A stretch of DNA of 64,000 nt from NCBI GenBank assembly GCA_002101205.1, contig LWTM01000076.1:122810-186809 (forward strand). The letters are read 5' to 3'. The first letter of the stretch is position 1, and each line of letters starts with the position of its first letter. The translations under genes were made by a program, and so were the position numbers. The notes under the pieces are model-generated. The model saw only the letters and a list, made by a program, of their open reading frames with translations. It was not told where the DNA came from and searched no databases. Below, in pieces: positions 49,976 through 59,750 of this stretch. Source of the stretch: Cycloclasticus sp. symbiont of Poecilosclerida sp. N. GTDB lineage: Bacteria > Pseudomonadota > Gammaproteobacteria > Methylococcales > Cycloclasticaceae.

Positions 49976-51328
49976 ATGAAAAAAACATCGCAACACGGAG
50001 AGTGGTCATCAAGGCTGGCCTTTGTTTTAGCCGCATCGGGGTCTGCAGTCGGTCTAGGGAATATTTGGAAGTTCCCCTATATTACTGGCGAAAATGGTGG
50101 TGGTGCGTTTGTTTTGGTGTACCTAGTTTGCATTTTAGTGATTGGTATTCCCATTATGATGGCCGAAATAATGTTAGGCCGACGGGGCAGGCAAAGCCCA
50201 GTTAATACCATGCGTGATTTGGCAAAAGAGGCGGGCGGTAGTCGCTTTTGGTCTTTGCTGGGTTGGCTAGGTGTTGTTGCTGGTTTTCTAATTTTATCTT
50301 ATTATAGTGTGATTGCTGGCTGGGCAATGGCTTATGTCGTGCGTGTTGGTTCTGGCGTTTTTGATGGAGTAACGGCAGACGGCGTAAGCAGTATTTTTGG
50401 GCAATTCGTAGCCGATCCGGAAAAGCTGCTTGCATGGCATAGCTTGTTTATGATTTTGACCATGCTAGTGGTTGCCCGTGGTGTGAAAGGGCTTGAGAGA
50501 ACGGTTAAGTTTTTAATGCCCGCATTGCTCATGATTTTAATTTTACTCGTCGTTTATGCAATGGACCAAGGCTCGTTTCAGCAAGCAGTATCGTTTTTAT
50601 TCGAAGCAGATTTTAGCAAAATAACCAGTGATGGTATTTTAACGGCAATGGGTCATGCGTTCTTCACACTAAGTTTAGGCATGGGTGCGATCATGGTTTA
50701 TGGGGCGTATTTACCGTCTAACATATCAATTGGCTCCACAACGGTGATTATTGCACTGGCAGATACAGCAGTAGCATTGCTTGCAGGCCTTGCTATTTTC
50801 CCCATTGTTTTTGCGAACGGTTTGGAGCCAGGTAGTGGACCGGGGCTTATTTTTCAAACATTGCCGATTGCATTTGGGCATATGGCGTTTGGTTCTATTT
50901 TCGGAACGTTGTTTTTCGTATTGTTGTTTTTTGCTGCTTGGACATCCTCTATTTCTTTGATTGAGCCTGCGGTGGCATGGCTGGTTGAAAATAAAAACAT
51001 GAGCCGTATGCGCGCCTGTATTTGGTCTGGCTTGGTGACTTGGTTTGTTGGAATAGGCACTGTTTTGTCGTTTAATATTGCTGCAGATTTAACCTTATTC
51101 GGCAAAACATTTTTTGATATTCTTGACTATTTGACGGCGAATATCATGTTGCCACTATGCGGCATATGTATTGCAATATTTGCAGGTTGGGTTATGAGTA
51201 AAGAAGCGACAAGCGATGAATTGAACCTTAAATCTCCGTTGCTGCATACAAGCTGGTTATTTTTAGTGAAATTTGTTTGTCCATTAGCTGTAGTGATTGT
51301 ATTCTTAAAAGCGATTAGTGTGATTTAA
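49976..51328 (+). CDS. Sodium-dependent neurotransmitter:sodium symporter (SNF/NSS) family transporter
   Basis: GSAVGLGNIWKFPY signature and about 12 TM segments. The start is taken at MKKTSQHGEW. Confidence 0.9.
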   Translation: MKKTSQHGEWSSRLAFVLAASGSAVGLGNIWKFPYITGENGGGAFVLVYLVCILVIGIPIMMAEIMLGRRGRQSPVNTMRDLAKEAGGSRFWSLLGWLGVVAGFLILSYYSVIAGWAMAYVVRVGSGVFDGVTADGVSSIFGQFVADPEKLLAWHSLFMILTMLVVARGVKGLERTVKFLMPALLMILILLVVYAMDQGSFQQAVSFLFEADFSKITSDGILTAMGHAFFTLSLGMGAIMVYGAYLPSNISIGSTTVIIALADTAVALLAGLAIFPIVFANGLEPGSGPGLIFQTLPIAFGHMAFGSIFGTLFFVLLFFAAWTSSISLIEPAVAWLVENKNMSRMRACIWSGLVTWFVGIGTVLSFNIAADLTLFGKTFFDILDYLTANIMLPLCGICIAIFAGWVMSKEATSDELNLKSPLLHTSWLFLVKFVCPLAVVIVFLKAISVI

Positions 51329-51332
51329 CACG

Positions 51333-51770
51333 ATGCATAAGATTGAGCGCAGCGCGTTAATTAGGCATTGCGCTACGGATATGTTTAACCTGGTGAACGA
51401 TGTGGCATCGTACCCAAAGTTTTTAAAGTGGTGCCGCAGTAGCAAGGTTATCACGTCCTCAAGTGATCAAATGACAGCAGAACTGGAAATCGCGTGGAAA
51501 GTGTTACATAAGGTTTTCAGCACTAAAAACCGCTTGGTTGATGGCGAAAGTATTCAGATGGAGTTGTTAGATGGGCCGTTCGAATCAATGCATGGCGAGT
51601 GGTATTTTAAGCAGCTTCGTGATGGTGCCTGTAAAATAACAATGAAAATAGAGTTTGAATTCAAAAACTCTGTGAGCAACTTTGTGTTCTCAGCTATTTT
51701 CAGCCAAATATGCGGGTCATTGATGGGATCTTTTGTTAAACGAGCAGATGATATTTATGGGCAAAGTTGA
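51333..51770 (+). CDS. ratA: SRPBCC-family protein RatA/PasT (CoQ-binding Coq10-like)
   Basis: 145 aa with a polyketide-cyclase/START-like sequence. Conserved ratA-rnfH pairing near bamE. Confidence 0.8.
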   Translation: MHKIERSALIRHCATDMFNLVNDVASYPKFLKWCRSSKVITSSSDQMTAELEIAWKVLHKVFSTKNRLVDGESIQMELLDGPFESMHGEWYFKQLRDGACKITMKIEFEFKNSVSNFVFSAIFSQICGSLMGSFVKRADDIYGQS

Positions 51771-52065
51771 GGTCGCTTATGCGACACCCAAAAAACAGTT
51801 GATTTTAGCCGTGCCTTTTCAGAGCGAATTAACGGCAGAGCAGGCAATAATGGAATCGAATATTTTGCAGATATTTCCAGAAATAGATCTATCAACGAGT
51901 TCGGTTGGCATATTCAGTAAGCCTTGTAAATTAGACACGCCATTAAGAGAGGGTGACCGTGTGGAAATATACCGCCCGTTAATAGCAGACCCTAAAGAAG
52001 TTAGACGTCAGCGAGCTGAAGCGGGGAAAGTGACTAAGAAAGGTGCGCGCTCAGCTAACAACTGA
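51757..52065 (+). CDS. rnfH: RnfH-family ubiquitin-fold protein (RatB)
   Basis: VEVAYATPKKQ...GIFSK...LREGDRVEIYRPLIADPKEVRRQRA is typical RnfH. Confidence 0.75.
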   Translation: MGKVEVAYATPKKQLILAVPFQSELTAEQAIMESNILQIFPEIDLSTSSVGIFSKPCKLDTPLREGDRVEIYRPLIADPKEVRRQRAEAGKVTKKGARSANN

Positions 52066-52305
52066 TACAACTTGTAATGCCATGAAAATAGATTATATTG
52101 ATGTTATGAATTGTAATGATGGCATATCTGCTTCAACTATCGCGTCAACACAGCTGCCGATATATTCATTTGTATCGCAAGGTATTCCCCTGCCTATGCT
52201 TCTTGGGCGGGCACTGCGAAGCTAATGATGAGTCCTGGCGAGGTGAAACGCGACCACCTAATTTGAGTCAATATGTCATAAAAGTTATGACGCGCGAGTA
52301 TAGAA

Positions 52306-53859
52306 ATGAGCAAAGAAAAATTAATAATTTTTGATACAACCTTGCGTGATGGCGAGCAAAGCCCCGGCGCGTCAATGACGGCTGAGGAAAAACTACGTAT
52401 TGCCAAAGCGTTAGAAAAAATGAAGGTTGATATTATTGAAGCAGGTTTCCCTATTTCTAGTGAAGGAGATTTTGTAGCGGTTCAAGGCATTGCAAGGGCT
52501 GTAAAAGACAGTGTTGTTTGTGGTTTAGCACGTGCGACCGTGTTAGATATTAAGAGAGCGGGTGATGCACTTAAAGATGCAAATGCATCGCGTATTCATA
52601 CGTTTCTTGCGACTTCTCCCTTGCATATGCGCGAGAAATTAAAAATGACGCCAGATCAGGTGTATGACCAGGCTATTAAGGCTGTAAAGCTTGCGAGAAA
52701 TTTCACGGATAACGTTGAGTTTTCTCCAGAAGATGCAGGGCGTTCAGACCTTGATTTTTTGTGTCGGGTGATTGAGGCGGTGATTGAGGCGGGCGCAACA
52801 ACCATAAACATCCCAGACACCGTAGGCTATAACTTGCCTCAGCAATATGGTGAGACCATCGCCCAGTTAATTAGAAGAGTTCCTAATTCCGACAAAGCAG
52901 TTTTCTCTACGCATTGTCATAATGATTTGGGCTTGGCTGTTGCAAACTCTTTGGCAGGTGTTATGAATGGTGCAAGGCAGGTGGAATGCTCGATTAACGG
53001 CCTAGGTGAAAGAGCCGGTAACGCTGCGTTAGAAGAAATTGTGATGGCGGTACGCACGAGGCAGGATATATTGCCTTGTGATGTTGATTTGGATGCGACT
53101 CAAATAATGACGTGTTCGCGCTTGGTTTCTGGCATAACCGGTTTTCCCGTGCAGCCCAATAAAGCTATTGTGGGTGCGAATGCCTTTGCGCACGAGTCTG
53201 GAATCCATCAAGATGGCGTATTGAAATCGCGGGAAACTTACGAGATTATGCGCGCCGAAGACGTGGGTTTGAGCTCTAATAAATTAGTGCTTGGTAAGTT
53301 GTCCGGTCGTAGAGCATTTAAAGATCGCCTAGAAACGTTGAACATTAGTATTGATAGCGAAGAAGAGCTCAATAATGCATTTAAAGAGTTTAAGAGTTTG
53401 GCCGATAAGAAATCTGAAATTTTCGATGAAGATATTCATGCGTTGGTCTCTAATTTCAAAATGGAAGCAACCTTTGCAGAGGCAATTAAGTTAATCTCGG
53501 TTAAGGCTTGTTTTGAAACAGGCGAAGTGCCACAGGCAAGTGTTACGTTACTTTTTGAGGAGAATGAACAGTCTGCAGAATCGGAAGGTGGTGGCTTAGT
53601 TGACGCGACGTTTAAAGCCATTGAAAAGATTGTTTCAAGCGATGCCGACTTGCAACTCTATTCGGTCAGCAATGTGACAAAAGGAACAGACTCATTGGGT
53701 GAGGTCGGTGTCAGGCTTGAAAAAGCGGGTCGAATTGTTAATGGGCAAGGATCGGATACGGATATTATTATTGCATCAGCAAAAGCCTATATCAACGCGC
53801 TTAACCGTTTGTTGAATCCAGGTGCACGCGTTCACCCGCAAGTGTATAGCGGAATTTAA
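52306..53859 (+). CDS. leuA: 2-isopropylmalate synthase
   Basis: [14 protein letters not shown] and [16 protein letters not shown] motifs plus the LeuA dimerisation/regulatory domain; 517 aa. Confidence 0.95.
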   Translation: MSKEKLIIFDTTLRDGEQSPGASMTAEEKLRIAKALEKMKVDIIEAGFPISSEGDFVAVQGIARAVKDSVVCGLARATVLDIKRAGDALKDANASRIHTFLATSPLHMREKLKMTPDQVYDQAIKAVKLARNFTDNVEFSPEDAGRSDLDFLCRVIEAVIEAGATTINIPDTVGYNLPQQYGETIAQLIRRVPNSDKAVFSTHCHNDLGLAVANSLAGVMNGARQVECSINGLGERAGNAALEEIVMAVRTRQDILPCDVDLDATQIMTCSRLVSGITGFPVQPNKAIVGANAFAHESGIHQDGVLKSRETYEIMRAEDVGLSSNKLVLGKLSGRRAFKDRLETLNISIDSEEELNNAFKEFKSLADKKSEIFDEDIHALVSNFKMEATFAEAIKLISVKACFETGEVPQASVTLLFEENEQSAESEGGGLVDATFKAIEKIVSSDADLQLYSVSNVTKGTDSLGEVGVRLEKAGRIVNGQGSDTDIIIASAKAYINALNRLLNPGARVHPQVYSGI

Positions 53860-54025
53860 GTTCTTATTCGTCCGAAGAGAGAGCCTCGTATTGCACTGTA
53901 GGCATAAGTTTTACCCATAGGCACTACACACCGGAACGATACTTTTTTAGTCGCTATCGCGAAAGTAAGGATGAGTCCCCAGCCATAAATGTAAGTAGGC
54001 GCGAATTTATTCGCATTCGCTTACT

Positions 54026-54508
54026 TTAATATTTTTCGTCGTACTCAATGCCAAGGCTGTGCAGTATCTCCTCCAAGATGCCTTTTTCTTTTTCTTTTTG
54101 TTTAGGCACGTCAACAACCGTTGTGTTGATTGTCATAGGTTTGGATTCATTGCTAGGTCTGAAATCTCCTTTAAGGCTGACGAGCTGTCCATCAACAAAA
54201 ATAATGGTGGCTCGCTTTTTGGTATCTTGTTTGCCCGATTTTTTTAAATCGTAAAAATAGTCCCAACGATTTTTGTGAAACGGATCAATTAATAAAGGTG
54301 TGCCTAATATAAATTTAACCTGCTTTTTGTCCATACCTGGGCGTAACTGGTTAATCATCTCTTGGCTAACAAGGTTACCTTGTTTAACATCAATCTTATA
54401 AATACCAAATAGGTTGTCAGCTGTTTCTAGCACTTTACCGTCTAGGGCTTTAGGCGTAGAGCAGGCAGTTAAAATGAGGGCGGTTATTAAAAGGAGAAAC
54501 TTTCGCAT
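54026..54508 (-). CDS. bamE: Outer membrane protein assembly factor BamE (SmpA/OmlA)
   Basis: Lipobox ILTACS and DVKQGNLVSQEMINQLRPGMDKKQVKFILGTPLL, a BamE signature. Confidence 0.85.
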   Translation of the reverse strand: MRKFLLLITALILTACSTPKALDGKVLETADNLFGIYKIDVKQGNLVSQEMINQLRPGMDKKQVKFILGTPLLIDPFHKNRWDYFYDLKKSGKQDTKKRATIIFVDGQLVSLKGDFRPSNESKPMTINTTVVDVPKQKEKEKGILEEILHSLGIEYDEKY

Positions 54509-55102
54509 TTGGAGCCATGTATGTGATTATTAGCTTGTCATAGTACATTAACATACTATTTAATTCACCCTAAATTGAGGTTTCAAAATATTTAGATAGG
54601 GCTTGATCAGCATTTTAAAAGTACCTATAAGCTTTTTTAAGCCTCATTTTTAACCGATGCAGCGAATATGGCAAAGAGATTGAGCCAAAAATCTGTTCCT
54701 CTGCGTCTTACCTTCGGCAATCAGTGCTTAACTGAGTTATTTTGCTACCAATACGTTATTTTTTCTCGGCTTTGGGTTAAATAGGTGGTGGTTAAAGCTC
54801 CTTCAGTGCAACAAGCACGGGCCCCAGTAATGTTCGATGTCCCCCCCTGAGTTTTACAAATGGTTGCCGTTCTGTTTAGACCACTTTTGCCACCATCTAA
54901 ATAGAGTCGCCAGCGCACGGCCACAGAGCGATGTTGCGCCAACTGTTCTGGTAATAAGTGACTGATTAAGGCAAACAAGTTAAAAGAAAGTGAACTGAGC
55001 TTTATTTTTGTAATCCACAATTATGAGCTAATCGGTCTAAAAAGCAGAGTAATTGACGAAAAACATGGGGAGCCTAATGAATATGGGTAAAGTTGTTTGT
55101 TA

Positions 55103-55182
55103 CACCGCCGGCGCAGGCACTGTCAGCGCTAGCACCTCCGGCACATGTACCGCCAGCACGCGTGCTGCCTGCGCCGGCGGTG
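55103..55182. repeat. Perfect 17-bp GC-rich inverted repeat (potential long hairpin)
   Basis: CACCGCCGGCGCAGGCA at 55103-55119 and TGCCTGCGCCGGCGGTG at 55166-55182, separated by 46 nt. The spacer contains the palindrome GCACGCGTGC. Confidence 0.85.
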
Positions 55183-55277
55183 TAAGTACAAGCGTAGCGG
55201 GTGCTGTAAGTACAAGCGTAGCGGGTGCTGTAAGTACAAGCGTAGCGGGTGCTGTAAGTACAAGCGTAGCGGGTGCT
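55182..55277. repeat. Tandem direct repeat, 4 identical copies of a 24-bp unit GTAAGTACAAGCGTAGCGGGTGCT
   Basis: Counted directly: units at 55182-55205, 55206-55229, 55230-55253 and 55254-55277. A degenerate fifth unit runs into GAGGCCTC at 55293-55300. One identical unit also follows the IS5 copy-1 stop codon at 30219-30242. Confidence 0.9.
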
Positions 55278-55431
55278 GCAAGTACACGTGTTGAGGCCTC
55301 ATGACACCAATACAGAAAAGACAGGAATTACTAAAGGCGGCTTAGAACCCCTACAGTTTTAATTGACCATTACAGTAGCTAGCGTCGCCAGTTTTGTTAA
55401 AGGTGACTATTTTAAATTGCTACGCGAATGG

Positions 55432-55968
55432 TTACTTATTTTCGAGTAAAAACGTATTTTTCAGACGTACATAATTTTGCGCTGAGTATTTTAAAAATTG
55501 CGCTTCTTTATCGTTAATTGGGCGTGCTTTTTTCACGGGCGAACCCACGTATAAAAAGCCGCTGTCTAGCGTTTTCCCAGGTGGCACAAGGCTACCAGCG
55601 CCAATCATAACGCCATCGTTCACCACCGCGCCGTCCATCACAATTGTGCCCATACCAATTAAGCAGCCATTGCCAATGGTGCAGCCGTGCAAGATTACGT
55701 TATGTCCCACGGTAACATCGCTACCAATAATAAGCGGAAAACCGCCAGGGTTGAAATCACTAGCGTGGGTGACGTGTAAAATGCTGCCATCTTGAATGTT
55801 AGAACATGCGCCAATAGTAATGTAGTGTATGTCGCCACGCACAACAGCCAAGGGCCAAACGGAGGTATCTTCGGCTAGCGTGACGTTACCAATAACAACA
55901 GCACTTTTATGAATAAACGTAGAGGCGTGAACGGAAGGTGTTCGAGCGTCAAATGTTTCAGTGGACAT
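55432..55968 (-). CDS. Gamma-carbonic-anhydrase-like left-handed beta-helix protein (YrdA/PaaY family)
   Basis: Hexapeptide repeats with VWPLAVVRGD and SILHVTH motifs. The start is taken at MSTETFD (55968) rather than the extended ORF start at 56205. Confidence 0.85.
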   Translation of the reverse strand: MSTETFDARTPSVHASTFIHKSAVVIGNVTLAEDTSVWPLAVVRGDIHYITIGACSNIQDGSILHVTHASDFNPGGFPLIIGSDVTVGHNVILHGCTIGNGCLIGMGTIVMDGAVVNDGVMIGAGSLVPPGKTLDSGFLYVGSPVKKARPINDKEAQFLKYSAQNYVRLKNTFLLENK

Positions 55969-56092
55969 GGGTATTCCTGTTTTAGTCGGTGATTTTAATG
56001 TGAGTGTATCAGTATTTAACGCGGTTGGTTTCTGTTGTGGCTCAATGGTTGAAATCGTGCGAGGATAGTCTTTTTTTAGAAGCAAAAAAGCC

Positions 56093-58132
56093 ATGACAAA
56101 TCCCTTATTAGAAAAATTTGAATTACCTTGTTTTAGTGCGATCAAGGCGGAGGATATAGAGCCAGCTATTAGCCATATTTTGGATAAAAGTAAGCAAGAA
56201 ATCACCGCGTTATTGGATAACCAAACAGCTTACAGTTGGGACAACTTAGTTTATCCAATGGAAATAATAGACGATTATTTAAGTCGTGTTTGGTCGCCTG
56301 TCAGTCACCTTAACTCCGTGATGAATAATGATGCTTGGCGTGAAGCGTATTCAAATTGCTTGCCGAAACTCAGTGAATATTCAACTGAGGTAGGGCAAAA
56401 CAAGGGGCTGTATTTGGCTTATAAATCAATAAAGCAAGGAGCGGAGTTTTCCCAATTAGAGCCAGCGCAGAAAAAAATCATTGATAACGCTCTGCGTGAT
56501 TTTGAATTATCTGGTGTGGCACTGGCAGATGATAAAAAGCAACGTTATATGGATATTTCCCAAGAGCTTTCCACTTTAAGCAATCGGTTTGAAGAAAATG
56601 TGATGGATGCGACGAATGCGTGGAGTAAGCACATTGTCGATAAAAAACAGTTGAGCGGTTTGCCTGAGTCGGCGATGGATTTATTGCGTCAAACAGCACG
56701 CCAAAAAGATAAAGACGGTTGGCTGCTAACGCTAGAATTCCCTTGCTATATGGCGATTATGACGCACGCAGACAACCGTAAATTACGACATGAAATACAC
56801 AAGGCTTTTACCACTAAAGCATCAGATCAAAGCGATGCTAATAGTGATTGGGATAACACCGCTATTATGGCGGAAATTGTTCGTTTGCGGCATGAAAAAG
56901 CACAGCTACTCGGCTTTGATAGTTATGCGGATTTATCTTTGGCAACTAAAATGGCGGATAGCCCAGCCGATATACTGGAGTTTTTAACTCAGCTCAGCGA
57001 TAAGTCGATTGCGATGGCAAAGCAAGACGTTGCCGCGCTCACAAGCTTTGCTAACAGTAAAGGGCATGGGGGTGAATTAGAATCATGGGATATGGGTTAT
57101 TACGCTGAAAAATTACGTGAAGAAAATTATCAGTTTTCTCAAGAACAGGTGAAACCTTATTTTCCTGCAAACCGTGTTTTATCTGGCATGTTTAACGTCG
57201 TGCAGCGACTTTATGGTATCCAAATAACGGAGGTAACCGATGTTGATACATGGCATAAGGACGTTCAGTTTTTTGAGATAAGCGATGATAGCGGCGAGAA
57301 ACGCGGACGTTTTTATATCGATTTGTATGCGCGTCCACACAAACGTGGCGGCGCGTGGATGGATGAGTGCGTTACGCGTTTCAAAAAAACCGAGGGTGTG
57401 CAATCGCCAGTGGCGTACTTAACATGTAATTTCACGCCACCTATTGGCAACGATCCTGCATTATTAACGCATGGCGAAGTGGAAACGCTGTTTCATGAAT
57501 TTGGGCACGGTTTGCATCATATGCTGACAAAGGTTGATTACCTGAGTGTGTCGGGTATTCATGGTGTGGAATGGGACGCAGTTGAATTACCGAGCCAATT
57601 TATGGAAAACTGGTGTTGGCAACCGGAGGTGATGGCGTTAATTTCTGGGCATTACAAAACAGGTGAAAAACTGCCCGAGGCCATGTTTCAGAAAATGCTG
57701 GCGTCGAAAAACTTTCAGGCGGGTATGCAGATGGCTCGGCAAGTCGAGTTCGCGCTCTTTGATTTCCGCATTCATTTGGAATATGACGCGACGAAAAGCA
57801 CGCAAATTTACGATATTTTAGACGAGGTAAGAAGCGAGGTCAGTGTCGTAAAAACGGCCCGTTTCAATCGTTTCCCAAACAGCTTTTCGCATATTTTTGC
57901 TGGCAGTTATGGGGCAGGTTATTACAGCTATAAGTGGGCAGAAGTTTTATCCAGTGATGCGTTTTCGTTGTTCGAAGAAAAAGGCGTATTTGATGAGCAA
58001 ACAGGCAGGTCTTTTTTAAATAATATTTTAGAAAAAGGCGGAAGTGATGATGCGTTAGCATTATTTACTGCATTTAGAGGTCGTAAGCCCAGTATTGATG
58101 CTTTGCTGAAGCACACCGGAATAATGCTATAA
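56093..58132 (+). CDS. prlC: Oligopeptidase A (M3 family)
   Basis: 679 aa with the zinc motif HEFGHGLHH. Confidence 0.92.
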   Translation: MTNPLLEKFELPCFSAIKAEDIEPAISHILDKSKQEITALLDNQTAYSWDNLVYPMEIIDDYLSRVWSPVSHLNSVMNNDAWREAYSNCLPKLSEYSTEVGQNKGLYLAYKSIKQGAEFSQLEPAQKKIIDNALRDFELSGVALADDKKQRYMDISQELSTLSNRFEENVMDATNAWSKHIVDKKQLSGLPESAMDLLRQTARQKDKDGWLLTLEFPCYMAIMTHADNRKLRHEIHKAFTTKASDQSDANSDWDNTAIMAEIVRLRHEKAQLLGFDSYADLSLATKMADSPADILEFLTQLSDKSIAMAKQDVAALTSFANSKGHGGELESWDMGYYAEKLREENYQFSQEQVKPYFPANRVLSGMFNVVQRLYGIQITEVTDVDTWHKDVQFFEISDDSGEKRGRFYIDLYARPHKRGGAWMDECVTRFKKTEGVQSPVAYLTCNFTPPIGNDPALLTHGEVETLFHEFGHGLHHMLTKVDYLSVSGIHGVEWDAVELPSQFMENWCWQPEVMALISGHYKTGEKLPEAMFQKMLASKNFQAGMQMARQVEFALFDFRIHLEYDATKSTQIYDILDEVRSEVSVVKTARFNRFPNSFSHIFAGSYGAGYYSYKWAEVLSSDAFSLFEEKGVFDEQTGRSFLNNILEKGGSDDALALFTAFRGRKPSIDALLKHTGIML

Positions 58133-58278
58133 CTAAAGAGCATATAAAAAAGCAAAAAACACAAAAAATAGTCTGGGAACGGCGGCTAAAAGGTTTTATT
58201 CTAAGCGGCTGGGATGTATAGTTTTGAGACTAGAAAAATAATATTTACAAACCGAAACGTAACACAGGAGATCTAATC

Positions 58279-59532
58279 ATGTCAGATAAACATCATCAAA
58301 TCCTAGTTATAGGCGCCGGTGCTGCGGGTGTAACCGTTGCTGCTAGTTTGAAACGGCACTCCAATGGCAGGCAGCTTGATATTGCTATTGTTGATCCCGC
58401 AAAGAATCATTACTATCAACCAGCGTTCACCTTGGTGGGTGGTGGTTGTTACAGTCTTGAAAAAACACGCCGCTCGGTTAACAGTCTAATTCCAAAAGGT
58501 GTGACGCTAATTAAACAAGCGGCACGTGGAATTGACCCAGAAAATAATTCTGTTGAATTAGATAATGGTAATAAGGTCACTTATGACTACTTGGTGGTAT
58601 GCCCAGGCCTTGTGCTGGATTGGGATGCGATTGAAGGATTGAAAGAAACAATCGGTAAGAACGGCGTTTGTACAAACTATTCGGCTGATTATGTTGAATA
58701 TACATGGGAGTGCATCCAAGGTCTGAAAGCAGGTGCTAAAGCATTCTTCACGCAAGCGCCTTTACCGTTTAAATGTCCTGGCGCACCACAAAAAATTGCT
58801 TACTTAGCGGCAGATAGCCTGCGTAAGAAAGGCATTTTAGCGCAATGTGAAGTTCACTTTACCAATCCAGGTCCCGGTATGTTTGGCGTACCGTATTTCG
58901 CAAAAGCTTTAGTTAAGGTAGCTGATGGATACGGCATTCATAAAGATTTATTGCACAAGCTGATTAAAGTGGATGGCGAAGCTAAAAAAGCCACATTTGA
59001 AGTGGTTGCTGGCGATAATAAAGGTGAAATTAAAGAGCTTGATTTCGACATGATTCATGTTACGCCACACCAGAAAACACCGGCGTTTTTACACGGTTGT
59101 GCCGTATCAAATGATGCGGGTTATGTGGATGTTGATGAAGCAACCATGCAGCATGTTAAGTACTCGAATGTATTTGGCTTAGGCGATGCCTGTTCAACAC
59201 CAAACTCTAAAACGGCTGCGGCTGTGCGTAAGCAAGCCCCCGTTGTTGTAGAAAACATTAAAAACCTAATGGACGGCAAACCCTTAAGCGCTGAATATAA
59301 TGGTTACGGCTCGTGCCCATTAACAACAGCGTATGGCAAAGTGATGATGGCAGAGTTTGTTTATGGCGGCAAAGTAACGCCAACGTTGCCGATCCTTGCA
59401 AAACCAAACGAAGAGTCCAGCATGATGTGGCATATCAAAACAATGGGCCTACCACTTCTGTATTGGGAGTTCATGTTGAAAGGATACGAAAAATTTCTTG
59501 AACCACAAATGGATTATGATACCGGCGAATAA
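58279..59532 (+). CDS. FAD-dependent pyridine nucleotide-disulfide oxidoreductase, type II sulfide:quinone oxidoreductase-like
   Basis: N-terminal GAGAAG dinucleotide fold. Cys contexts FKCPGAPQK and YGSCPLTT resemble SQR type II as recalled from memory. Confidence 0.65.
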   Translation: MSDKHHQILVIGAGAAGVTVAASLKRHSNGRQLDIAIVDPAKNHYYQPAFTLVGGGCYSLEKTRRSVNSLIPKGVTLIKQAARGIDPENNSVELDNGNKVTYDYLVVCPGLVLDWDAIEGLKETIGKNGVCTNYSADYVEYTWECIQGLKAGAKAFFTQAPLPFKCPGAPQKIAYLAADSLRKKGILAQCEVHFTNPGPGMFGVPYFAKALVKVADGYGIHKDLLHKLIKVDGEAKKATFEVVAGDNKGEIKELDFDMIHVTPHQKTPAFLHGCAVSNDAGYVDVDEATMQHVKYSNVFGLGDACSTPNSKTAAAVRKQAPVVVENIKNLMDGKPLSAEYNGYGSCPLTTAYGKVMMAEFVYGGKVTPTLPILAKPNEESSMMWHIKTMGLPLLYWEFMLKGYEKFLEPQMDYDTGE

Positions 59533-59587
59533 GCGGTATTATGTAGCAGTTACATCTAAATCTATTTTAAGCTTGTCTTACTATATA

Positions 59588-59688
59588 GAGACGTCTCAGC
59601 ATAACGACTGTGCTTGACAATACGGCGCGGCTTAAGACGCCTACTTTTGGTGTCTTAGGCACTCGCTACGTTATGCTGAGGCCTCTGT
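59588..59688. repeat. MITE-like palindromic repeat, family A, copy 2
   Basis: Terminal inverted repeats TCTCAGCATAACG and CGTTATGCTGAGGCCTC, about 100 bp in all. It aligns to 19133-19235 (inverted) and to 37905-37975. Confidence 0.6.
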
Positions 59689-59750
59689 GAGAAATTAAAA
59701 AAGGCGTTCCTTTGAACGCCTTTTTTAATGCTGAAAAGTAAAAGGAGCCG

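Larger units (their letters stand above)
54560..55310 (-). repeat. Composite repeat element, long copy
   Basis: Read on the reverse strand, it starts with an IS5-like end (GAGGCCTCAACACGTGTAC), then 24-bp repeats, then a GC-rich hairpin. The core shared with 38017-38210 follows and carries an extra segment of about 250 bp (about 54668-54925) absent from the short copy. ORFs 54745-55020 and 55053-55304 lie inside it. Confidence 0.6.

Noticed and set aside
52066-52305. A leucine-rich leader peptide or attenuator upstream of leuA.
   Set aside because: No run of Leu codons is present in any small ORF there. Only a short hairpin, GTCATAA-AAG-TTATGAC, lies near 52274-52290, which is not enough for a call.
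55182-55277. The 24-bp repeats were considered as a possible CRISPR array.
   Set aside because: The units are directly adjacent with no spacers, there are only four copies and there are no cas genes in the window.
55053-55304. The 83-aa ORF rich in Ala/Gly/Ser/Thr/Cys with VSTSVAGA repeats looked like a RiPP (azoline or lanthipeptide-type) precursor.
   Set aside because: The repetitive peptide is simply the translation of the 24-bp DNA tandem repeat and the GC-rich hairpin. The same DNA unit occurs after an IS5 stop codon in a different context. No modification, export or immunity genes are nearby, since the neighbours are bamE and a gamma-CA-like gene. The start is a weak TTG.
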